Source of the DNA: Candidatus Calditenuis fumarioli | GTDB taxonomy: Archaea; Thermoproteota; Nitrososphaeria_A; Caldarchaeales; Calditenuaceae | Length of the DNA stretch: 64,000 nucleotides | Direction of reading: 5' to 3' | NCBI GenBank assembly: GCA_030059665.1 | Contig: JANVYR010000002.1 | Span: forward strand, 128,001 to 192,000 | Part shown: positions 47,135 through 56,506 of the stretch, in pieces | Position numbering within the stretch: position 1 is the stretch's first letter | Layout: each line of letters opens with the position of its first letter | Notes under the pieces: generated by a model | Databases searched by the model: none | The model's input: only the letters and a program-made list of their open reading frames with translations | What the model was told of the DNA's origin: nothing | Program-made: the position numbers and the translations under genes

Positions 47135-48472
47135 ATGGACGCGGAGCGGAGGTTCGTCAGGGCCGAGGAGGCCTTCAGGAAGGTTCTGCGATGGATGAGG
47201 GAGCACCACGAGTTCTTCGCGAGCTCTATACCGCTGATCGCGAGCGAGAACGTCCCGAGCCCTGCGGTGAGGGAGGCGCTGGCGAGCGACCTGGGAAACA
47301 GGTACGCTGAGGGCTATCCGGGGGAGAGGCTCTACGCCGGATGCAGGTGGATAGACTCTATCGAGATGCTCGGCATCGAGCTAGCGAAGGAGGTCTTCAA
47401 CGCGGAGTACGCCGACCTCAGGCCAATCTCTGGGGTTATGGCGAACCTCGCGGCGTACACGGCCTTCGCCGAGCCGGGAGACGTGATGGTCGCTCTGGCA
47501 GTCCCCCACGGCGGCCACATCAGCCACGGCAAGCGGGAGTGGGGAGGTACCGCGGGCACGGTCAGGGGCCTGAGGGTCGAGCGGTACGAGTTCGACTACG
47601 ACCGGTTCAACATCGACGTCGACGGAACGAGGCGGAGGCTCGAGCGTCTCGAGAAGGAGGAGGGGAAGAGACCGAAGGTCTTCATGCTCGGTGCCAGCGT
47701 CTTCCTCTTCCCTCATCCCGTCAGGGAGGTCTCGGACCTGGCCAAGGAGTACGGCGCGAGGGTCGTCTACGACGCGGCCCACGTCGCCGGCCTGATCGCC
47801 GGCGGCGTCTTCCAGGACCCTCTGAGGGAGGGGGCAGACGCGGTGACGATGAGCACGCACAAGACGCTCGCGGGACCGCAGCACGGCCTGCTCCTCAGCT
47901 GGGAGAGGTACGCGGAGGACTTCAAGCGCGTCATGTTCCCCGGCCTCCACAGCAACCACCACCTCCACGCGGTTGCAGGCGTCACGATAGCGCTGGCCGA
48001 GGCCCTCGCGTTCTACCACGAATACGCCAGGAGGATCGTCGAGAACTCGAAGGCCCTAGCTGGGTTCCTGATGGAGGAGGGGCTGGACGTCCTCTACGGG
48101 GACCTCGGCTTCACCGAGTCGCACCAGGTCCTCGTCGACGTCAGCAGGCTCATGGGAGGTAAGGAGGCGGAGTTCCTCCTGGAGCGGGCGGGCATCGTCG
48201 TGAACAGGAACCTCCTTCCGAAGGACTACCTCCTCAAGACCGACTACAGGAACCCGAGCGGGATAAGGCTGGGGACGCAGGAGGTCACGAGGCTCGGCAT
48301 GGGCAAGGAGGAGATGAGGGAGATAGCGCGCTTCATCTCGAGAGTTCTGGTCAAGCGGGAGGACCCGGAGAAGGTCAGGAGGGAGGTTGCCGAGTTCAGG
48401 CGTCCCTTCCAGAAGGTGCACTACGCCTTCTCCAACGCCACCGAGGCCTACGCGTACGTCTCCATCACCTGA
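47135..48472 (+). CDS. glyA: Serine hydroxymethyltransferase (archaeal)
   Basis: LIASENV, RYAEG, GGHISHG, YDAAHVAGL, STHKTLAGPQHG and SGIRLGTQE. Probable start at 47135. Confidence 0.95.
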   Translation: MDAERRFVRAEEAFRKVLRWMREHHEFFASSIPLIASENVPSPAVREALASDLGNRYAEGYPGERLYAGCRWIDSIEMLGIELAKEVFNAEYADLRPISGVMANLAAYTAFAEPGDVMVALAVPHGGHISHGKREWGGTAGTVRGLRVERYEFDYDRFNIDVDGTRRRLERLEKEEGKRPKVFMLGASVFLFPHPVREVSDLAKEYGARVVYDAAHVAGLIAGGVFQDPLREGADAVTMSTHKTLAGPQHGLLLSWERYAEDFKRVMFPGLHSNHHLHAVAGVTIALAEALAFYHEYARRIVENSKALAGFLMEEGLDVLYGDLGFTESHQVLVDVSRLMGGKEAEFLLERAGIVVNRNLLPKDYLLKTDYRNPSGIRLGTQEVTRLGMGKEEMREIARFISRVLVKREDPEKVRREVAEFRRPFQKVHYAFSNATEAYAYVSIT

Positions 48473-48506
48473 CCTCGCCCGCGCCTGGGCCCATCGGGTG
48501 CTCGGG

Positions 48507-49190
48507 ATGGGAGGGAGGATCGCCGGCGTCGTCTTCGACCTCTTCGGCACGCTCGTCCCCCGTTATCCGATCGACAGGCACAGGAAGGTCCTGGCCGAGA
48601 TCGCAGCTCTCCTCGGGGTCGATCCGGTGCGGTTCACAGAGGTCTGGATAAGCAGGCTCGAGCGCAGGATAACGGGCTTCTGCAGGGACGCTGAGGAGTG
48701 CATACTGGACACGCTCGAGGCGATGGGTGCGAGTGCTGACCGAGAGGCGCTTGCCCGGGCCGCTGCCATCAGGTACGAGTTCATGAGGAGCTGCGTCGTC
48801 CCGTACCCGGAGGTCGAGGAAGGGATCAGGGCACTGAAGGGGATGGGATACAAGCTGGGGCTCATCTCCAACTCCTCGCCGGAGGTCCCGGAGCTCTGGA
48901 GGTCGCTGAGCCTGTCGAGGTACTTCGACGTCGCCACGTTCTCCTGTGAGGTCAGGACCAGAAAGCCCCACCGGGAGATCTACCTGATGACCTGCAGTGC
49001 CCTCGGCCTCAGCCCAGAGCTGTGCCTCTACGTCGGAGACGGGTCCGAGAACGAGCTTGAGGGCGCGAGGGAGGTCGGGATGTTTCCCGTCATGATAGTC
49101 CGCGACGGGCCGCTCAGGGACTGGGACGGCCCCGTGGTCCGGGACGTGATGGGCGTCGTGGAGCTGCTGAAGTCGATGTCGGATTGCTGA
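48507..49190 (+). CDS. HAD-superfamily hydrolase
   Basis: VVFDLFGTLV, LISNS, KPHREIY and YVGDG..NEL.GA. Confidence 0.9.
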   Translation: MGGRIAGVVFDLFGTLVPRYPIDRHRKVLAEIAALLGVDPVRFTEVWISRLERRITGFCRDAEECILDTLEAMGASADREALARAAAIRYEFMRSCVVPYPEVEEGIRALKGMGYKLGLISNSSPEVPELWRSLSLSRYFDVATFSCEVRTRKPHREIYLMTCSALGLSPELCLYVGDGSENELEGAREVGMFPVMIVRDGPLRDWDGPVVRDVMGVVELLKSMSDC

Positions 49191-49262
49191 GCGTAAACCC
49201 TGTATTCTATAAGAGGTGGGGAGAACAGAAAAAGCGAGCGGTGATGGTTCAGGGCAGACAGA

Positions 49263-50333
49263 TCAGATGTCCTTCATGAAGTCCTCGAGGTAGTCGAGGT
49301 CTCCGTCCGCTCCAGAGCCTCGGATCTCCGCGGGCTGCTGCACCTCATGCGGTCTCTGTGGTATCCTGAACATCGGTCCCGTGCTGCCCTGCGAGTAGCT
49401 GCCACCGCTCATGATGATCGAGACGTGCAGCGTCGACCCGTACCGCCTGTCAACCCTCGCCCCCCAGATCACGAGACCCTCCTCGCCCATCAGCTCCGAG
49501 ACGATCTCCGCAGGCCTCGTGGCCTCCTTCAGCTTCATGTCCTCTCCTCCGCCGACGTGGACGATGGCCGCGCTGATCCCCTCGATCGTCCCCTCCAGCA
49601 GCGGCGACTGGAGCGCGTTGAAGGTCGCCTCCTCCGCCCTGTTCGGGGAGCTGCTCTTGCCGAGGCCTATCGTGGCGATCCTCCCCCTGCTCACCACCGT
49701 CTTGAAGTCCTCGAAGTCGATGTTGATCAGGCTCGGCCGCACCAGCGACTCCGTGATGCTCACGACCATGTTGTTGATCACCTCGTCGGCCAGCGAGAAG
49801 GCGGTGTTCAGGTCGTACTGCGGGTAGAGCTCGAGGAGCCTGTTGTTGTCTATGACCACCACCGTGTTGCAGTACCGCTGTAGCTCCTCAAGCCCCCTCA
49901 TCGCTATCCTCCTCCTCACGGCCCCCTCGAACCTGAACGGCAGCGTCACCACGCCCACGACTATCAGCCCCTGCTCCTGCGCCAGTTTGGCCACGAACGG
50001 GGCCGCTCCGGTCCCGGTCCCTCCGCCGAGCCCCGCAGCGATGAAGACAAGGTCGGCGTCCTCCAGCGCTTTCCTCAGGTCCTCCGCGGACTCCTCAGCC
50101 GCCATCCTGCCGAGCTCCGGGTTTCCGCCGGTTCCGTGGTTCCTCGTGACGGTTGGTCCGAGCAGAAGCTTCTCGTGGGCCTTGATGAAGCTGAGGTGCT
50201 GGAGGTCCGTGTTCATCGCGATGGCGTAGATGTCAGGTACGTTGGCCTCGATCAGCCGGTGGACCGTGTTGGATCCGGCTCCGCCCACGCCGATGACCTT
50301 TATCCTGATGCTGCTGTTCTGGAGCTCACTCAA
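49263..50333 (-). CDS. ftsZ: Cell division protein FtsZ
   Basis: [26 protein letters not shown] (tubulin signature), PFRFEG and T7-loop INIDFED. Confidence 0.93.
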   Translation of the reverse strand: MSELQNSSIRIKVIGVGGAGSNTVHRLIEANVPDIYAIAMNTDLQHLSFIKAHEKLLLGPTVTRNHGTGGNPELGRMAAEESAEDLRKALEDADLVFIAAGLGGGTGTGAAPFVAKLAQEQGLIVVGVVTLPFRFEGAVRRRIAMRGLEELQRYCNTVVVIDNNRLLELYPQYDLNTAFSLADEVINNMVVSITESLVRPSLINIDFEDFKTVVSRGRIATIGLGKSSSPNRAEEATFNALQSPLLEGTIEGISAAIVHVGGGEDMKLKEATRPAEIVSELMGEEGLVIWGARVDRRYGSTLHVSIIMSGGSYSQGSTGPMFRIPQRPHEVQQPAEIRGSGADGDLDYLEDFMKDI

Positions 50334-50475
50334 CGCTCAGCCTCGCCTCCGTTCTTATGAAGTCCCTGACCGCCATCCGGATGGCCTCGGCCCTGTTCGG
50401 GTAGCGCTTCTTCCTGACGAGCTCGTCGATCGCCTCCAAGTATGCCTCAGGTAGGTGCACCGTGACGACCCTCAT
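50326..50475 (-). CDS. cdrS: Ribbon-helix-helix regulator, CdrS-like
   Basis: [40 protein letters not shown] (49 aa), overlapping the ftsZ start. Matches the CdrS pattern (F/Y)PNR(S/A)EAIR.AVR. Confidence 0.8.
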   Translation of the reverse strand: MRVVTVHLPEAYLEAIDELVRKKRYPNRAEAIRMAVRDFIRTEARLSVE

Positions 50476-50745
50476 CTCACCCGGTAGACTGAAGGTGAGA
50501 GCGTAAATCGGTTTGAACGAAGAGGTTAAATCCGGTTCCTCGAGGAAGTCCATTCCATCGCGATTTCCGATCCAGAAATTGGTATGTTCTGACCCACTTT
50601 CGCTCCACATTTCATCGTTTGATGAGAACGCGTGGTGAGGTCCGGAGCCGTGAGGTCGGTGAGCGCGTGGCGGAGATTCAACGCTGGTCGAGGGACGCCG
50701 GCACCGATTTATTCGATCCGCGATGATGTGAGAAGGGTTAGCCCC

Positions 50746-51522
50746 ATGCTGCCGGGATGGTTGGAGGGCGATCTGGCCAACGCGCTGCAGATGGTGAGGC
50801 CGGTGGTGCTCGCGGCCCTGATTATTGCGGCTACGTACGTGGTCGCGAAGCTCGTTTCGAGGCTGACTGACGCGGCGCTCTTCGCCTTCACGCCCGCGAT
50901 GAGGTTCGCGGCCAAGAGGACGCTCTCGGCGGTGATCCTCGTCATAGGAGGCATCCTGGCCGCGGAGCAGCTGGGCCTTAGCATAGAGGTTCTGCTGGTG
51001 CTGTTGGCCGTTATGGGCATCGCCGTGGTCCTGGCGCTCCATAACGTCCTCAGCAGCGTCGCTGCCCGGTACTTCATCGAGCCCTACGTCCCGATCAGGG
51101 TGGGAGACACGGTGACGATAGGCTCTTACAGGGGAAAGGTGATCGAGATCAACCCGCTCACGACCCTGCTGCAGACCGATGACGGCCGGGTGGTTTCCGT
51201 CCCGAACTCGGTGATCCTGAGGGAGCCTGTGGTCAACGAGTCGGCCTCCGCAGCCCGGGAGATCAGCATCCCCATCGCCCTCCCCTCGAAGGACGTCAAG
51301 CTGCCTGAGCTGGAGTCAGCGCTGATCAAGGCGTGCATGAAGCTGAGGTCCAAGCTCGATCCCATGAGGCCGCCACAGGTCGAGGTCAGGTCCAGGTCCG
51401 AGAGGGAGGTCCAGATGCTCCTCAAGGTCTGGGTCTCGGACCCGAGTTACAGGAGCGCGGTCAGCGAAGAGCTGAAGCGCAGGGTTGACGACCTCCTGAC
51501 CTCAATGCTCGGCCAGGGTTAG
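50746..51522 (+). CDS. Small-conductance mechanosensitive channel (MscS family)
   Basis: Three TM helices, then [10 protein letters not shown]...GKVIEI..LTT.L.T.DG..V.VPNS. Confidence 0.88.
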   Translation: MLPGWLEGDLANALQMVRPVVLAALIIAATYVVAKLVSRLTDAALFAFTPAMRFAAKRTLSAVILVIGGILAAEQLGLSIEVLLVLLAVMGIAVVLALHNVLSSVAARYFIEPYVPIRVGDTVTIGSYRGKVIEINPLTTLLQTDDGRVVSVPNSVILREPVVNESASAAREISIPIALPSKDVKLPELESALIKACMKLRSKLDPMRPPQVEVRSRSEREVQMLLKVWVSDPSYRSAVSEELKRRVDDLLTSMLGQG

Positions 51523-51635
51523 TCGCCGTCCACGGCCAGCGAGGCAACCGCTCTCTCCGGATCTGGGGCCGCGGGTCAGTCGTGCTGCGCAGTGGTGCGA
51601 GAGGTTCACGTGCTGGCGTCATGCCGTAAGACCGG

Positions 51636-52028
51636 ATGGTTCCGGGCAGGAGACCTTCCGCGGCGAGGGAGGAGGTGCTTGAGGAGCTCGAGAGGTTCGT
51701 GAGGATCCTGAACGAATCCGGCGCCGTCGTCGTGGTCGAGGGCGAGAGCGACAGGAGGGCCCTCGTCGAGTCCGGAGTCTCCGTGAGGGTGCTGACGCTC
51801 GCGGAGTTCGAGCGTGAGGTCGAGGATATGCCTGGTCAGGAGGTGGAGCTCTTGACGGACCTCGACCGGCAGGGCGAGGAGCACTTCCGGAGGCTCGTTG
51901 GCAGATACGGTGGCGTCGTGAGGTTCACCACTCAGGCCCGGGACTACCTCAGGAGCACCACGTCCTACAGGATGGGCATGAGGAGCGTCTACGAGCTGCT
52001 GCTGTTCTACCGGAGGAACGCTCTCTAG
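51636..52028 (+). CDS. Small Toprim-domain protein
   Basis: VVVVEGESD and LLTDLDRQG. Confidence 0.8.
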   Translation: MVPGRRPSAAREEVLEELERFVRILNESGAVVVVEGESDRRALVESGVSVRVLTLAEFEREVEDMPGQEVELLTDLDRQGEEHFRRLVGRYGGVVRFTTQARDYLRSTTSYRMGMRSVYELLLFYRRNAL

Positions 52029-52036
52029 GAACGCCT

Positions 52037-53224
52037 CTATGAGCTCCCTAGGAACGCCTCGATGGCCCTCCCCACCTCGGCGGGCCTGCCGGTGAGGTCC
52101 TTCAGCGTTCTGCCCATCGCGACGATCGTCGGTATCAGGTACCTGGCGGTCGCCGTCACGCCCATGTGTCCCACCCGGACGGTGCTGTCGACGAGGCTCC
52201 CGAGGCCGTTCGTCACCATGACCCTGTAGCTTCTCAGCATGTGTCCCACGAACTCGTCGGCCTTTCCCCTGAGTGGGGGCGGAAGCTCCAGCGATGTGAC
52301 CGTCGGCGCTGCCAGCTCCTCCGACCTCGCCACCGGCTCCAGGCCGAGGACCTTCGCGGCCCTCCTGAAGGCCCCTGAAGCCCTCAGGTGCCTCTGGTAC
52401 CTCCTCTCGAGACCCTCCTCAAGCGCCGACTCGGCGGCCAGCCTGAAGGCGACCACCGCGTAGGGGTTTATGGTGGTGTGGTAGGGGTGGCCCTCCTCGG
52501 CCCACAGCAGGTAGTAGCGCTTGAACGCGGAGGGGTTCGAGATCCAGCCGTCGCCGATTTCGGACGGGTCAATTTTCTCCCAGAGGTCCTCGGAGATGTG
52601 GAGCGGCACCACGCCGGGCATGCTGTTGAGGCACTTGTTGGGGTGGCCGACGCAGACGTCGATGCCGAGCTCCCTCACGTCGAGTGGGACCGCACCGTAG
52701 GAGGCTATGGCGTCGCAGATCACCCTAACTCCCCTCTCCTCGGCGAGCCTCGCGTAGGACCTCAGGTCGTGGATCACACCGGTTCCCGTCTCAACGTGGA
52801 CCAGCATCAGCGCCTCCGCGTCCGGGTTCCTGCTGAGGGCCCTCTCGACGTCGCCGATCTCCGGCACCAGCCCCTCCTCCGCCCTCACCTCGACCACGTC
52901 CGCACCGAGGCTCCTCGCTAGCTCCGCCAACCTCTCTCCCCAGAAGCCGCTGATCAGAACCACCGCCTTCTCGCCTCTGGAGAGGACCGTCCTGGTCCCC
53001 AGCTCCAGCGCGAGCGACCCCGGCCCCGGAACCAAAAAGGTGTTCTCGGGGTTGGATCCGAAGAGCGCGGCGGCCGCCTTCCTCGCCCTCTCCACCTCCG
53101 GCGCCCATTCAGGACCGTAGTGTGGCAGCGACCTCTCCGAGAGGACCCTCCTCACCGCAGGGTGGAGCTCGGTCGGTCCGGGTATCATCAGCAGAGCATC
53201 GCCCTCCCAGAGGTCCTCGACCAA
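52037..53224 (-). CDS. Class V PLP aminotransferase (alanine-glyoxylate/serine-pyruvate type)
   Basis: LMIPGPT, VHVETGTG, CDAIASYG, GHPNKCL and VRVGHMG. Confidence 0.9.
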   Translation of the reverse strand: MVEDLWEGDALLMIPGPTELHPAVRRVLSERSLPHYGPEWAPEVERARKAAAALFGSNPENTFLVPGPGSLALELGTRTVLSRGEKAVVLISGFWGERLAELARSLGADVVEVRAEEGLVPEIGDVERALSRNPDAEALMLVHVETGTGVIHDLRSYARLAEERGVRVICDAIASYGAVPLDVRELGIDVCVGHPNKCLNSMPGVVPLHISEDLWEKIDPSEIGDGWISNPSAFKRYYLLWAEEGHPYHTTINPYAVVAFRLAAESALEEGLERRYQRHLRASGAFRRAAKVLGLEPVARSEELAAPTVTSLELPPPLRGKADEFVGHMLRSYRVMVTNGLGSLVDSTVRVGHMGVTATARYLIPTIVAMGRTLKDLTGRPAEVGRAIEAFLGSS

Positions 53225-53284
53225 CGCCCTCGCCTCCTCAGCCGAGCCGGGAAGCCTTCGGAAAAAGTTGACGCGGGCCCTCCG

Positions 53285-53995
53285 TCAGAGCTCCAGCGTC
53301 TCCCTTATCTCCCTGCCCAGCACGAGCCTGATCCCGTTCCTCCCCGCGAGCTCCCTCAGGTACGAGCCGATCTCCTCCGGCACCGAGCCCACCAGGAGGA
53401 GCACCAGCAGCGCCCTCCTGCCGTACCTCTCCTCGACCATCGAGACCCTGCTCCTGAGCTTCTCGACCTCCGACTCGGCCTGTTCGCGCGTTCCGATGTA
53501 ATTCGTGATCTCGCCGACCACGAGCGGTTCCTCGCAAAAGGCGTCGATATCAACGACCTTGCCGTCCACGGCGAAGTGCTTGACGTCAACCCTCGCGTCG
53601 GGGTACCCCATCTCGTCGAGCAGGACCTCGATGAAGGCCCGGGCCGTGGCCTCGAAGGTGACGCCGAGCATCTCCCTCAGCTCCCTGAACCCTGACTTGA
53701 CGTACTTCCAGAACCTCTCTTGGCCGGCCTCGAGTCGCCTCACGCTCTCCCACAGCCTCTCCTGTCCCTCCCTAAGCGCTCTGACCTCCTCCCACAGCCT
53801 GTTAACATTCTCCCACAGTCTGTTCTGGTTCTCCTCCAGCCTGTCGAGCCTCTTCAGTATCTCGAGTATGTGGGACTCATGTCTGTCAAGCCTCTTGAGT
53901 ATCTCTGACAGGCCGAGATAACCTGCGACGGTGTACCTGAACTCGACGTCCTTCTCCAGCAGCTCGATGAACTCCCTCTTCAGCTTCTCGGCCAT
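53285..53995 (-). CDS. Coiled-coil + PD-(D/E)XK-like nuclease protein, paralog D
   Basis: LKREFIELLEKDVEFRYTVAG head, NQNRLWE repeats, and a distinct tail with VDIDAFCEEPLVVGEIT. Confidence 0.78.
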   Translation of the reverse strand: MAEKLKREFIELLEKDVEFRYTVAGYLGLSEILKRLDRHESHILEILKRLDRLEENQNRLWENVNRLWEEVRALREGQERLWESVRRLEAGQERFWKYVKSGFRELREMLGVTFEATARAFIEVLLDEMGYPDARVDVKHFAVDGKVVDIDAFCEEPLVVGEITNYIGTREQAESEVEKLRSRVSMVEERYGRRALLVLLLVGSVPEEIGSYLRELAGRNGIRLVLGREIRETLEL

Positions 53996-54079
53996 CCCCG
54001 ATCAAACGCGTGTGTCAGCGACTAATGGGAGTTATTGCTGTCCCCCCAGCCGGTTGTCGGCCACGCGGTCCTCCCTGCC

Positions 54080-55420
54080 TCAGGGTCTGAGCCTGACGGG
54101 TTCGCTCCGGTCGCCGATCTCCCCCGCGATCCTCGTGAGCATCAGCCTCCTGATCTCCTCCAGGTCGTGGGCCCTGTGGAGGACCCACATCAGCTTGACC
54201 AGCGCGACCTCCGGGAGCATGTCGTCGAGCGGCGTGACGCCGGCCGCCTGTAGGTCCCTGCCGTTGTCGTAGACGTTCATGTTCACCCTTCCGAACCTGC
54301 ACTGGGAGCACATGCCGAAGAAGACCCCGTCCCTCACGAGCCTCCTTATCACCGGTATCCACGAGGACGCCACGTGTCCTAGCCCCGTCCCCTCCAGCAC
54401 GAAGCCCCTGACGCCCTCGGATGCCAGGTGCTCGAGGACCGATGGTCTCATTCCTGGCCAGAACTTCAGCAGGTAAGCCCTCTCGTCGAACCCCGGCTCG
54501 TACCTGTAATCTTCGGATCCCCGAGGGTTCAGGCCCTCCGCCAGCACCTCGATCCTTCCCTCCCTGACCAGCGCTATCGGTCCCGCGTTGACGCTCCTGA
54601 AGGCGTCCCTGCTGCTGGTGTGGAGCTTCACGACCCTCGTTCCCCTGTGGACAGCTATCTCGTCGTCCGAGTGCCAGTGGTGCATCGCAACGCAGACCTC
54701 CGCGAAGCTCGATCTCGCAGCTACCGTGAGGGCCCCCATGAGGTTGGTGGCAGCATCGCTCGATGGCCTGTCGGAGCTCCTCTGAGCTCCCACCAGGACG
54801 ACCGGGACCGGAGGCCTCTGGAGGACGAAGCTGAGCGCGGCAGCGGTGTAGTGCATCGTGTCGGTTCCGTGCGCTATCACGATCCCGTCGTAACCGTCAA
54901 CGAGCCTTTGGTGTGCGCGCTCCGCGATCAGACTCCAGTCCCTCGGAGTCATGTTCTCGCTGTAGAGGGAGAGGACCACCTCCGCGTCGATCCTGGCCAG
55001 CTCAAGCACCTCCCTGATCACGGAGACCAGGTCCTCCGTGGTCATCGCTGGCCTCACGGCTCCGGTCCTGTAGTCGACCCTGCTCGCGATCGTCCCTCCG
55101 GTCCCGAGCAGCGCCACCCTCGGCAACGACGGGTCCTGCGGCGGTATCTCGCCTCGCCTGAAGGCCGGAGCCCTCCCCGCAGCCAACCTCCTGATGACCG
55201 TCCCCTCGGTGAACGCGATGCCGACGTTGTACCCGTTCCTGAGCTTGATGGTGATGACGTCCTCGTCGGCGTACTCCGGCCTCGCGATCAGGTAACCGAC
55301 GAAGGTCTGGCCGTCGGGCGTTACGACCTCCAGCTCGTCCCCCTCCTCGGCTCCGATCCCCTCGAGGACTTCCCTCAGCCTGCCCCTGTAACCTGAAGGC
55401 GCCATCCCGGAGTCAGCCAA
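54080..55420 (-). CDS. gatD: Glutamyl-tRNA(Gln) amidotransferase subunit D
   Basis: N-terminal KLRNGYNVG domain, TGGTIASRVDYRTGAV, HGTDTMHYT, GAQRSSDRPSSD and KLHTSSRDAF. Confidence 0.95.
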   Translation of the reverse strand: MADSGMAPSGYRGRLREVLEGIGAEEGDELEVVTPDGQTFVGYLIARPEYADEDVITIKLRNGYNVGIAFTEGTVIRRLAAGRAPAFRRGEIPPQDPSLPRVALLGTGGTIASRVDYRTGAVRPAMTTEDLVSVIREVLELARIDAEVVLSLYSENMTPRDWSLIAERAHQRLVDGYDGIVIAHGTDTMHYTAAALSFVLQRPPVPVVLVGAQRSSDRPSSDAATNLMGALTVAARSSFAEVCVAMHHWHSDDEIAVHRGTRVVKLHTSSRDAFRSVNAGPIALVREGRIEVLAEGLNPRGSEDYRYEPGFDERAYLLKFWPGMRPSVLEHLASEGVRGFVLEGTGLGHVASSWIPVIRRLVRDGVFFGMCSQCRFGRVNMNVYDNGRDLQAAGVTPLDDMLPEVALVKLMWVLHRAHDLEEIRRLMLTRIAGEIGDRSEPVRLRP

Positions 55421-55466
55421 CAGTTACGGATAATAACTGTGCAGTGGAAAGTATTGTTGAGGAGCC

Positions 55467-55883
55467 ATGCCCATAACAGTCCGCGTCAGGGACATCATGG
55501 AAAAGGAGGTGCCCACGATCGATGCCAAGGCCACGGTGATGGAGGCGGTCCAGCGCATGGTGAGGGAGAACGTCTGGTCATTCCTGGTCACCCGGGATGG
55601 CCTGCCGGTTGGGGTCGTGACGGAGAGGGACATCCTGAGGAGGTGCATCTCGAAGGGTTACAGCCTCAACATGAAGGTGGAGGAGATCATGTCGTCGCCG
55701 ATCATAACGATAGGGCCCGACGAGCCGATCGGGAAGGCGCTGCAGCTGATGGCCGAGAAGAACATCAGGAGGCTCTACGTCGTCGAGGGCGGCAAGGTCA
55801 TCGGACGTATAACCCAGACCAAGTCGATGGAGTCGCTGCTGGACATACTCATGACTTTGCAGAGCCTCCCCTACCAGCTCTGA
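55467..55883 (+). CDS. CBS-domain pair protein
   Basis: VRDIM...GVVTERDIL...IMSSPIIT...GRITQT. Confidence 0.9.
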   Translation: MPITVRVRDIMEKEVPTIDAKATVMEAVQRMVRENVWSFLVTRDGLPVGVVTERDILRRCISKGYSLNMKVEEIMSSPIITIGPDEPIGKALQLMAEKNIRRLYVVEGGKVIGRITQTKSMESLLDILMTLQSLPYQL

Positions 55884-55921
55884 CCTAACACAACACCCCG
55901 ATCGGTTTCTTGCGGCCCTTC

Positions 55922-56506
55922 TCACCCAGCAGCAGAGGGTCGCTCCTCCGCGTCCTCGTTCCTCTCCCGCTCCCCACCCTTGCCCTTCCCTCTGGACAGG
56001 TACCTGACCGAGAGGTGAACGGCCTCCGCCGCTATCAGGACGGCCAGCGTGATCGGCCCCCACGGCGGGAAGAGCTCGCCCCTCAGGAAGAGCGTCAGGT
56101 AACCCAGCCCGGTCCAGTGAGGTATCATCAGCCCGGTCCACCTCCCCACCACCGCATCCGGAGGGACGGGGAAGGGGTCAGGAGCGCTGTTGGCGTCGCC
56201 CTTCGTGATCAGCGCGTAGGGTTCCTTCGCTATGGCCCTGTGGACGATGAGCCGGCCGTCGAAGGGCCTCCGGTAGACGATCACGTCTCCGTCGATCGGT
56301 GAGGCCCTGATCTCCTCGAACCTCACGCCCTCTATCAGCAGGATGTCGCCCTCGTGGAGGACCGGCCTCATGCTGCCCGATGCCACCACGACCAGCGGCG
56401 TCCGGGTGTCCAGCGCGAGACCGAGGCCCACGAAGAGCGCGAGGAAGGCCAGCAGGAGCACCAGCAGGGGAAGGGCGCCCTTCAGGTACCTCGTCGCGTT
56501 GCTCAT
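55922..56506 (-). CDS. Signal peptidase I (archaeal S26/Sec11 type)
   Basis: VVASGSMRP (catalytic Ser), LIVHR (His) and TKGDAN...D. Confidence 0.92.
   Translation of the reverse strand: MSNATRYLKGALPLLVLLLAFLALFVGLGLALDTRTPLVVVASGSMRPVLHEGDILLIEGVRFEEIRASPIDGDVIVYRRPFDGRLIVHRAIAKEPYALITKGDANSAPDPFPVPPDAVVGRWTGLMIPHWTGLGYLTLFLRGELFPPWGPITLAVLIAAEAVHLSVRYLSRGKGKGGERERNEDAEERPSAAG

Noticed and set aside
46210-47136. 308-aa version of paralog C
   Set aside because: Homology with copy B and the shared TATA position place the start at TTG 46872; the extension overlaps the glyA upstream region.
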